In this document: positions 12,850 to 23,036 of the stretch, one piece after another
Numbering within the stretch: the stretch's first letter is position 1
How the letters are laid out: every line of letters begins with the position of its first letter
Assembly (NCBI GenBank): GCA_024704765.1
Contig: JAKMXF010000332.1
Coordinates: 1,171,080 to 1,235,079 of the forward strand
Direction of reading: 5' to 3'
Source: Oopsacas minuta
Taxonomy: Eukaryota > Animalia > Porifera
Length of the DNA: 64,000 nt
Notes under the pieces: generated by a model
Databases searched by the model: none
Told to the model about the DNA's origin: nothing
Seen by the model: only the letters and a program-made list of their open reading frames with translations
Position numbers and translations under genes: made by a program

Positions 12850-15170
12850 TGTAAAACCTATAAAAGTAAATCTTGGAAGTTTTGAAGAATCCAGTAATGA
12901 ATAGTAGGAGTAGGTATGAGTGATGCAAAATTGATTCCAAAATTGGAATTCGGTAGTAAAAATCTCATCATATCAAAGTTATCATAACTCCATCATCTTA
13001 TATAGTAATCCGAAAAATCTAAACTATAAATGAATCTCCTAAGTGTTCATACTGACAAATATTAGAATTCATATCATCTTCATATTGCTAATTAACTTCA
13101 CAGTGACTTTGCAAAAAATACCGATTTTACTATACAAATTCATATGCGATTTGAGTTGCATATTTTAGTACAACAGGAGTTAGTTACTAAATGCGATCGT
13201 TAATTGTTGGAATTTGTAATTAATTTTGGACGAACGTTTTGACGTATTTATTTTTTGGTTTCGGTGACTATAGCATACTATTCTGATAAATACAAATATA
13301 TACATAAGGATGTACTATTAACTTGGATACTGAATTCAAATATTTTGGCTGCTGTTTTATATAATTTGGTGAAAATACCTTATAAGCATATAATTATGGC
13401 AAATATAGTCAATAATTTGCCAAAAAAGAGATTTATTTCAATTTAAAGGCAAACCAAAGCAATTCATTTGCACGGTTAAAAAAGAAAATATGGATAATTT
13501 CTAGATATTCTTCTACATTACATATCGTCGCTAATAGTGAGCCTAACGCTCCTAACCGAATTAATAACAATTCCCTCTTTTGAGTCCTCCTGACTTTTTC
13601 TTCACTGATTTTACGAAAACAGCTACATTGGGGTGAGTGTCCATTTTCTTATTCAAAGAACCGCTTGGTAAATTTTGTAAATAGTTTAAGGATTGAGTAC
13701 ATATTATTGATGTAACTTTTCCTGCGAGTTGTCCAATAGATTCTTCTAAAGTTAACCCTGGTATATCATCTAATGGATTTGAACACAACTTCATTCCAAT
13801 TATAGACTCAGTATATGTTAGTAACTTCTATCAGGGCTAGATTCGGTTAGCCGGTTAACCGTTAACCGCTATGAGATAATATATTCGGTTAGCCCAGTGG
13901 TCGGCAACCTGCGGCTCTTTAGCCCCTCTCCACTAGCTTCTGTGGCCTCGACAAAATATTTTATATGGAAATTAATTTGTTATTTTTAATTTACAATGTT
14001 ATTCATCATTGTTTTAGTAATTAGTTGACTAATTTAGACTTAATAAATAGTCTGTGTCACCTTCATTATATGTCTCAAATATGTTATGCGGCTCTTGGAC
14101 CGTTTTGGTCGTTTTTAGTGCCAAAATGGCTCTTTGATTTACAAAGGTTGCCGATCCCTGGGTTAGCCGAATAGCGTCATTTTCACTAATATATTAAGTG
14201 TTTCTAAGGTTTTGAGAGGTACGAATTATATATATATATACGAATTCCGCTTATTAGGTATTTATGAGAAGTTACATTTTAAGGGCCGTATTAATAAATT
14301 TCAATAGTTTTGTAATTTACAATCGCATCAAGAATGCATATCTAATGATATGTATTGATGAAATAAAAGGAAATAGAAAGTTCCACATAAAATCACTTCA
14401 ACTGGAAAGTATTGTCACAACATACCGCATGCGAAAGTGTTCAATCTTGATTTACTCATTCAATTAGCTGTACCTGAGTTGATGAACTTATTGAGAACTG
14501 ACATATTTTTCAGCATATTCATCTGTTGATCATTAAGAAAAGTTTCCCCCTTTTCATTGTTTATTTCTTCCGGTTTTTGACGAACAAATACTTGTGATTG
14601 ATCTTGATATTTAGAGGCTTCGTGGCACATATCCTGACGAGTGTCTTCCACATGTACACCAAATATATTGGATTAGTTATTTTGTTAATTACTGCGAATC
14701 TTGATAATATCATCAGGTACGAAGGTCAGATCAGGGCTTTGATTCACCATAATATCAAATATCTTATATAGGGTTTCAATATTTCTTTAGTATTTCTAAA
14801 CACAGTTGCTTCTTTTCATAAGTGAATCCTTTCTTCAGCAACTCTATTGTTAGATTACTTTCATCATGTTCGTCGTGACCGAATAAGTAACTCTTGAACT
14901 GAGACCCAAATTTTTCGATATTTGCTTTTATTGAGCAATCTGGATATGTAGTCTTGCTGAATTTGCAATAGTACAACTCAAATTCTACTTTCATCACCCT
15001 CTTTGTCATAACCTTGAGAGTATCAATTAACTCCCGACCACTTCTATAGTTGTACCGATGCTGATCCCTTCCCATTCTATCTTTCTTTTTGTCGCTGGCA
15101 ATAAAGTTTCATATTCAGTAGGTTCTGCCATTAATAGTTGTGGAAATGAATTTCCAATTTGTAAATCTTA
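12850..15170 (-). pseudogene. Decayed multi-exon cargo gene inside the Transib/RAG-like element
   Basis: Colinear coding-like pieces with stops and frameshifts: LQIGNSFPQLLMAEPTEY..., ELIDTLKVMTKRVMKVEFELYYCKF..., MKLCSNPLDDIPG..., RELLLIRLGALGSLLATICNVEEYLEIIHIFFF..., MMRFLLPNSNFGINFASLIP. Family not recognised. Confidence 0.45.
13895..14160. mobile_element. hAT MITE (266 bp)
   Basis: TIRs CAGTGGTCGGCAACCT / AGGTTGCCGATCCCTG; perfect 8-bp TSD GGTTAGCC. Confidence 0.9.
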
Positions 15171-15494
15171 ATAGAAGTAGACATATATATATCCATAATC
15201 TGTCATAAAAAATCAATATATGCATTGCCCAAATTAAAGAATTCATTGCCAAAATAACTGAATTTTTAGTTCAGTTGACAGAATAATTGAAATATTCGCC
15301 AGAATAATTTACTTTATAGATATATATGTTAAAATATGTAAAACAGTTGCCGAAATAGCTGAATTCAGCTTGCTAGAGAATATTACATTCATATACATAT
15401 TGTTAAAGGTTACTACGATTATTCTTTATTTATTGATAATATTGATAACTTAATCGAATTTCACGCCCATAGCACTTCAGGTTTGCATATACTA

Positions 15495-16500
15495 ATGGGG
15501 GTTGATCTTTGTACATAGCGCAACCACATTGGCATATTCAATTCACGGGAATCTGTAAAATCAAGATGCTGCAAAATGATAGATATTCCTGCATATGTTA
15601 CATGCAACATTTTGATCTACATCTTACCAATTCTATTTCTATTCCTTATTATTTGCGGAGATGTAGAAGTGAACCCAGGACCAAGATATATTGGTTAGTT
15701 ATTTTACAAATACTACATACGTATTATTATTGATGTTTCATACTAAGCATTGATATATTTGATCCAAAAAATTATTATAGAAACTGGTGATGTCAAGCAA
15801 GGTAACGAGATTGTCTCAATGATGACCGATACCCTATACAAGTTAACTGGATATGGTTCATTCTTCTGAATAATTTCGAATTGATTAATACATGAAATCG
15901 GCGAGATGCCTCTTCTATCTGAGGTCAGCTAGTAAAATGTGTTTATAGAAGAAATCGTTTGCAATTACGAGCGAAACTTATAAACATCTGGCAAACAACA
16001 ACTGGAAAATCAAATCTCAGGTAACACAAGCATGACACTACCTAATCTGATAACTTCGCTCTACCTATCAGTATCACTTTTCTGAATTGCCAGATATTCT
16101 TAATCATAACGTACTATTCTCCAATTCTGATATTTCACTAGAATCAGACATAAGCTCAATTATTAGAATTGAATTCACTGATCAGTCATCTAATAAAATG
16201 CACATCGTTCAGTCGACAAATCGAAGTTTGGATTGACAGGTCAAGAATGGCTCAGAATTTTTGCCAACTTTTCAGAAAGCCCTAAAGTCAGAATGGACAA
16301 CATTAATAATGAGAAAATTCATATACTACTCGTTTTTGTTCTAAATTTTTATACCATCGAATAAACAAAACCTATTCAAGACGAGATGTACATTGCTTAT
16401 TGCAGCAACAGTTTGCAAGTTTATCAATTGCATCCCTTTCAAATTTGGAATGGAGACACTGCAAACAAACGCAAGCAATCTTTACTTCGCTAATTATACT
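15495..16500 (+). pseudogene. Multi-exon gene remnant headed by a 2A-like signal peptide
   Basis: Frame from 15495: MGVDLCT*RNHIGIFNSRESVKSRCCKMIDIPAYVTCNILIYILPILFLFLIICGDVEVNPGPRYI, then donor gttagt (15694). A 21-nt phase-compatible micro-exon follows at 15781-15801 (ETGDVKQ), then degenerate exons to about 16500. Confidence 0.7.
15657..15683 (+). other. 2A/StopGo ribosome-skipping motif G-D-V-E-V-N-P-G-P
   Basis: GGA GAT GTA GAA GTG AAC CCA GGA CCA; exact match to the D(V/I)ExNPG|P consensus, preceded by a hydrophobic tract. Confidence 0.85.
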
Positions 16501-18999
16501 ACTACTTGATCAATCTATAAAGAAAATTCATCTATTTAAATTCGCACAATCGACATTTAGACAGTAGTATAAAACGGAATTTGGCAAGGAATAGGCTATT
16601 ATACGAGTCTTATCATTGTACAATTTAATATTTGCATATATATTTTCGATACCTACGAGTCGATTACGAGTATTAATTCTTTTCAAAGACGTCTATTATT
16701 TCTTGATATTACGTCATTGGCGTCCACAAAATTTATTTAAATATATGGGTTGGTAATAAGTAATTCAACGATACACTAAATCACATGTACACATGACTAT
16801 AAAACTTTATATCAATATACCAGTAAAGCAACTGTGAGGAACACGTTAAGGAGCGAATAGAGCATCTATATTAGATGGATGTAGTTGTGTCCTGCTGTGG
16901 GAGCGAGTGGGAGCGTCGCTGGCATAGTTTTTCAGGTAGTGGGAGCGCCGCTCCCATACTTTTTTAACAAATCAAATTGGCAAGTAACAATTACTTCACA
17001 AGTTACTGAATTTGTGTACCTGATATCTACAGTAGCATACAATCAATATTTGAAATAAATTGAAATTTATTCCAAATTTAATAAAGTCGAGTTGAGAGAG
17101 AGCAAATGTTCACTTTATAGCGCCGTAAATATATTGTACTTGTTTTGAAGAACAATGGGAAGTTTTACCTCAACTACGTATTATTTTATCCGAATCTAGC
17201 GTTAATCATAAACAAAATATCTATTCCAAATGATTCTTTTAAATAATTAATATTATATTATAAGCAACGTGTTCTGGAATGTAGGATATATAAAATGATT
17301 AATTATAATATTCTGAGCCCCATAAACAGGAAGAATTTGGAAGTATTATTAGTTAAATAATTTGAGTACTCAATCACTTGTTAGAATTCTATTTTCAGAT
17401 TTACTACTAAACCTTTGATATTATTCATACTTATCTTATTAATTCAATTACCGGTATATTGTTTGAATTTTGTATTAGAAATTAGGTTATATTCAATTGA
17501 ATTTGAAATTTGAAATACCGCTTCCATACTTATAATTAGAGCAGGACATCTCTGGATGAGTGTTGGATATTAACTGATTTGCAGCATTCCGATCTCGATG
17601 AATGCCCAGATTGGCCACATATTTCACAGGCTAAACTTCGCCAAAAGCTTACAGAAACATTGGAGGCTAATCTCACGAAAAACATCCATAGGTTAGTCTC
17701 AAAACTATTTTTCGTTGCCAAATTGTTGACTTTCCTACTTGAATTATATACTTTGAGGATTGTGGTAAGTTGTGTATGGATTTTCGTTAAAGCTGGTCGA
17801 TAGTCAATTGCAATGGTAGATAATACACAATTGAGGTAATCAGTTCCGTTAGAAAAGGCCCTTCAAGCAACACTCCATGTACCAGTCGTTCCGCCACTGG
17901 GATCAGGTAAGTCAACTTTCAAACCAGTTTTCTTCCTGAATATGGGATTGAATAAACTTCATTGATTCTTTAATAGCTAGAGAGTTTGTAGCCAACTCAG
18001 TTTATTGATATGAAGAGGTATACAAAAAGATTAAACCACCTAAATTGTTCAAAATGGTAAATATTAAATTAACTTTATTATCATAAAATATAGTCACCGA
18101 AAGATGCATGTATACGAATGAAGTGGAGATGTTGAAGTTATGTTGATAGTAGTGATAGGTGTATGAGTTAAGTTAAAACGATCGTTTGACGAAAGTGCAA
18201 AGAACGAATCAATATCATCAATATGTAAGAATAACTAAGCAGCATCAGTAATTTTTCTGTCGATAGGGAATCTATCAGTTATCGATACTCTGTCCTGAAA
18301 ATCTTTATGTATGGTTGTACACAATAGGCAACTTGCGACTCCAGCACCAAGAATAATTGCTGACATCTTCCCCTCAAACATAGATCGTGCGATATCAATA
18401 ATAACTAAACCACCTTCTATAGATATGCTTTCTCCAAGCTTAGATGTTTCTGAATTGATAATATCGTCCATGAATGTACGAATATTTGCTCCGCATTCCT
18501 TCGCAACACACAGAAAGATAGGTATCTGCGAGAATGGAGAATTGGGAAAATTATTTTTCAAACAAATCTACCTGATGTTGTACGTATAGAGAGAGGATAA
18601 AAACAAAAAATAAAATTCTTGTGCTTGTCTTGGTGTGTTGCTGGTCATAGATAGTATGACTATCAGAACCATCTAGACCTGCTATCCTAAAGGTCAATGG
18701 GAAATCTTCACTGGTTCGGAGATCTACAGTAGATAGTATCCTCTCCAAGGTATGTTGGGCTTGAAGGGAATAAGAAGTATATATGCTAATTAGCTTTACT
18801 GGATCTGGGTATAAATATATTGAAGGTCGCAAAATTACAAGATCGCGTAAATCTGCAACCTTGCTGTAAGATGGAAACATAATATTGTCTCCCAGTAATG
18901 TTTGACGAAGCTGTGTATACTTTCTTCATCCCACTTCGAGTAGATCAAGCAAGAACAGAGCTTTATCAACTGGAAGCAGTTGAGCAGTATGATAACTGC

Positions 19000-21493
19000 T
19001 AGTGATGTTGAACGAATATCATCTTAAAATGATCGGTTATCGAATAGTTAATTCGTAAAGTAGCCGATTAATCGGTTATAATCGGTTAAACTCAATTATC
19101 ATTATATTCTGCCAGTAATTGCTAGTACTCTCCTGTATTTTAATTTATCAAATGAAATCAAATCAGACATAATAATGAGTTAATGACTAATGATGAAGAA
19201 ATCCTAAAATCTAATAATTTATTATTACTTTATCTCTTGCTTCTTGAAATATGACTTTAAGATCATTAAGCTATCAACCGAGTTTTCACTCAACCGTGAT
19301 CTCAACTTCGTCACAAAAAGTCCTGCTGCTGAGAAAGCACGTTCTGCCTCAACGCTTGTCGGAGGAATTGTATTCAGTACTTCCTCTATAGAAGAAATAT
19401 TTTGGGATTTGTCTCCAGTAGTTTCAAATAAGGCCATTTCCTTTATCAGAGATAGAAATCCAATATCTTCTTTCGGGGTTCTTACATGAGTTGTAGAATT
19501 TTGTATTGCTCTTTTTAATTGGTCAGCAAGTAATATCGGAGAGCTATGTATTTTAACGTCTTGAATGTCCTCCGAAGTCCCCTGAGATTTAAAATTACAC
19601 TATCGAATTGTTCAGTTCCATGCTGTGAATACAATTGTGAAAGGATCATTTTCATTGTCTTTTGCACTTCTTTTCTTTCAATGCACGGATCCTCCCTTAT
19701 CGAATCAAGATTCAATAAATATTTCATAACATTGATAAGATTAGACTGCCGCCTCTCGTTAAATCTTTGTCTTAGGTTCTGCAATAATTGTAAGGAGAAC
19801 TCTGAACCAACCATTTCAAGTTCCTGGAACATAAAATAGAATATCCCTTCTGCACTGAGTAAATTTGCGTCACGCTGGCATAGAGCAGATATTCCCATTT
19901 CGATGGGTTTTAAACAACTGCAAATGTTTTCCAACACTTGCCAATCAAGTTCACAAACTTCCATGTTTAAATTGATATCGATCATTGCTTTGCATTATGG
20001 TTTTCTTACAGTTAACAATCGATTAATCATACTAATTAAGCTATTCCACCTAGTTTTGCAATCCATGACTAGATTTGAAGTTTTTCCTAAATCTTCCTTT
20101 ATGTACGACTGAAGTACTTCATTTTTTAATGGGGACTTTCTAAATATACGAACGATATTTCGAAACTTAACGATGACAGTTTCTATATTGATTATCAAAG
20201 GCGGGATAAACATGTCTTTATCAATTTCACCGTCATCTTCATCTGAGAAAATTGATTCACCCTCAGTATCTCCTGCCCAACAAAGGCCATCATTATACGA
20301 GTCAGAGATAGTAGGCTGAATTTGAGATGTGCCAATTGGCTCTTCGTCCGTTCCTTCATCATAAATAGGAATCCTATTCTTGAAGTATAATACTGCAACT
20401 ACTGCTAAATGTACCCCATGAGCCAAACAAAGTTGCTGATGAATACCACTTAGTCTTCCCATCTTCACCATGACAGGGGCTCCAGCACAGGTGATGCTAA
20501 CAATATGCTTCTGCAACTCAATATTGAATTCAATCAATGTCCTTTCCAAAAGCTCAAGAAGCTTCTCAGCTTGCATCTTTCCATAAATACGCTTCATTCC
20601 AAGGTTCCAAAAGTTATTGATGCTATGTATATTGACATTCATATACCGTTTATTTTGGATAGAAGTATATTCGTCCAAGGACACGCTCATCCTTTTTCCA
20701 TGAGCAAGTAAAACTGTAACTGAGAAGTGATCACTCCCTTAACATGATTTGCATACCTCAAAACCATTCTTGAAACTGTAGAATGGTCTGGAATTGGGGT
20801 GAAACCCTTCTTGTAACGAAGAACGGATAAATTTACTTTGGCTGATTTTCAGATAACTGAAACAATCCTCAGCAGCTAACCTAGCAATTACCTCATCCAA
20901 ACTTTGTTTTTTGGAAAATAATGGTAACAAACTTTGAGTACTATGTTTCTTCGAAGGGGTTCGTTGTCAGAAATGTGATTCAGGCCCAATTGGATGTTAT
21001 GTATCAAAAGATGATTTCTTAACCCAGTAGTTGTACTGCCTTTACAACTTACATTCTTCTTACAAATAAGGCATTTGGCTTCTTCCCCATATTTCTCGAA
21101 ATGTTTCCACACCTCAGACCTTTTAGCCATAATACCGTACAGTATTGTATGTATAGAAGTAACGACTTATAGAAGCTAGAATATTCAAAATTATGCTGTA
21201 ACAAAATACGTTTACAGATAATTATACGTATAAATATGCGTATCGCCATATGCCTAGAAACTACTATATCTAGCAATTAGGTCTCTAGCCGTTAAAACAT
21301 AATTCAAGAATACATAGATTGACAATTATGTGATTTTTTAATAGAAATTCCAATAGAAACTTTATTGTTGACTAAAAGGTGAAATTTTGAAAATAACCGA
21401 TTAATCGAAGTAGAATAATTGGTTATCGATAATAAGTAAAAATTCAATAATCGATTAAATAATCGAATATTTACTAATCGGTTACCATCCCTA
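19000..21493 (-). mobile_element. hAT transposon, Ac/BED-finger type
   Basis: Ends TAGTGATG / CATCCCTA, subterminal ATCGGTT/AACCGAT motifs, perfect 8-bp TSD ATAACTGC (18992-99, 21494-501). Confidence 0.95.
19225..21130 (-). pseudogene. BED-finger hAT transposase with frameshifts
   Basis: BED finger SEVWKHF...KCLICKK...GLRNHL; SLDEYTS; CLAHGVHL; DCKTRWNSL; PPTSVEAERAFS. Confidence 0.9.
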
Positions 21494-22563
21494 ATAACTG
21501 CACTTACTGCTTACTATATCTTTAGCAACCTTTGCAATCGAACGGTTATCTTCCTCATGGCTATTAGTTGCAATAATAATTCTGCAATCTCTATGGACGT
21601 TATGTTTTTGGTCATCGCAGTTCCTTCACTTGTTCCAAAATGGATGATAACTTAGACCGTTGTTGTTTTAAGAAATCATTGACATTGGTTTCCTATGATG
21701 AAATCTGATGATCCAAATAAGGATTGAAGACAATCTTTCTTAGGTCTTGGCCTCCAAGGAATTTCTGAAGTCCACCACCCATTTATTAGTTGATCTGTTG
21801 ACTTTTTGGATTTTTCAGATTAACTTGGACCATTTACACATAGGAAGTAACTGACCCTCTCAAATCTTCTTCAATATTTAAGATAATAACAATTTCATCT
21901 ACTGTATCGGGAAGTTTATTTTCCTTCACTCTCAGAATATTAGCTAAATCACTGCGGTATCGTTGAATTTTACCTTCAACCATTGATAAATCTGTGATAA
22001 ATGAATATTAACTCATTAATTCATGTATCAACGTTTATAATTAAATATCTAACTACTATTGAACGAATACAGTTATCATAATGAAGTGGTCAGATTCATC
22101 ATTCATTACAATAAATTACATAACCAGTTGCCTAGCAACGGGAAATATAGAATGGAATTCACACATAAAAATTAAGTTGCACATTGAAGCGCATTTAGAT
22201 ATTTTAGTATGTCAAAATATTACATAATTGAATAACTCTTGAAAATTCTAAGCTATCTGATGCTATCTGTATTTTGCAGCCTCTTCTAATTTAGGCAATA
22301 ATCGAATTTTGAAAAATTTTGAAAATAAAAGGGACAAAATCTGGAAAGTTGCAAGTAATTTCCAATTGTTTAAACGTTTAAATTGAATGAGGAAATGTTA
22401 TATTTAGGCTGTGGTAGAAGAGATAACAAAAATAAAGAAAATATATCGAAAGCAATCAAGGCCATATACTTTGGATTGCATAGAATGGTTAGCATATTCG
22501 AAGTTCAAAACACAATTCTATCACTATGAATATTTAACCTATTCCGTACCACAAACGACTGTG

Positions 22564-22664
22564 CATATATCAGGAGACAAAAGAGAATGCCACTGAGGAA
22601 CAGCTTGGACTTTCCAGTCCTTCGAATTTTCAATATCCCTTCTTCGTTGATTCACGAAATTTAT
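22564..22664 (-). CDS. 5' part of a candidate host exon interrupted by the Transib/RAG-like element (3' part at 12660-12665)
   Basis: After removing 12671-22563 and one TSD copy, the sequence reads gcag|INFVNQRRRDIENSKDWKVQAVPQWHSLLSPDIWEL|gtatgt without a stop. Confidence 0.55.
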
Positions 22665-22975
22665 CTGCTTCCAAAAAAGGAAAATTCAAATATTTACACT
22701 GGCCCGATCTCATTAGAAAGGTCAAGTCACAGCACTTCGAAAATCCCGATTTAATAATTACATGTAGCAGGATATCATTATCACCCAAATGTCATATATG
22801 AGCACAATCATTGGAATACATTCAATTCTTAAGTCATTCCCCATTCATCATTCACTTGTATAGTGAAGAACAGATAATATTGTTAAAAAAATTGGAAAAG
22901 AATCTTTACATTTCATTTAGAGGCCACTAGTTCAGTAATCAGGAATTAGATCATTGGAGAAAAGAATCCTCTTAC

Positions 22976-23036
22976 GCTATCTCAGTAAAGCATCTTCTAT
23001 CATATTTAAGCTCAATATCACTTGCTGAGATGGTAC
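22976..23036 (-). CDS. Candidate host micro-exon (GTISASDIELKYDRRCFTEIA)
   Basis: gctag acceptor, gtaaga donor, open frame. Confidence 0.4.

Larger units (their letters stand above)
17536..21991 (-). pseudogene. RAG1/Transib-like DDE transposase pseudogene, split by a hAT at 19000-21493
   Basis: In order: NBD-like RKPMSMIS-LKQQRSKLSSILEQVKE; LPVDKALFLLDLLEVG*RKYTQLR...FPSYSKV; GLDGS (first Asp, 18671-73); PNSPFSQIPIFL; SMFEGK...SCLLC; DRFNLTHTP...SPLH; GLKVDLPDPSGGTTG..VA*RAF; C-terminal CEICGQSGHSSRSECC. The frame is continuous across the hAT empty site. Confidence 0.85.
12671..22563 (-). mobile_element. ~9.9-kb Transib/RAG1-like DNA transposon with cargo genes
   Basis: Left end CACAGTG (12671-77); right end reads CACAGTC on the minus strand (22563-57). 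A second shared block GGAA(A)TAG...TATTCATAGT sits at the same distance from both ends. Perfect 5-bp TSD CATAT (12666-70, 22564-68). Internal RAG1/Transib-like transposase. Confidence 0.8.

Noticed and set aside
12614-12940. 108-aa ORF as a real gene
   Set aside because: It runs across the transposon left end and TSD; it is a chimera of TIR/subterminal sequence and the host exon tail.
15495-17500. RAG2-like gene convergent to the RAG1-like transposase
   Set aside because: The position fits ProtoRAG architecture, but no Kelch GG repeats or PHD finger were seen in any frame examined; the gene there starts with a 2A-like peptide instead.
22564-22664. Reconstructed exon as the missing upstream ANAPC2 exon
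   Set aside because: Only a chance VQAV tetrapeptide matches; the spacing to the next conserved residues (16 versus 22 aa) and the rest of the sequence do not fit APC2.
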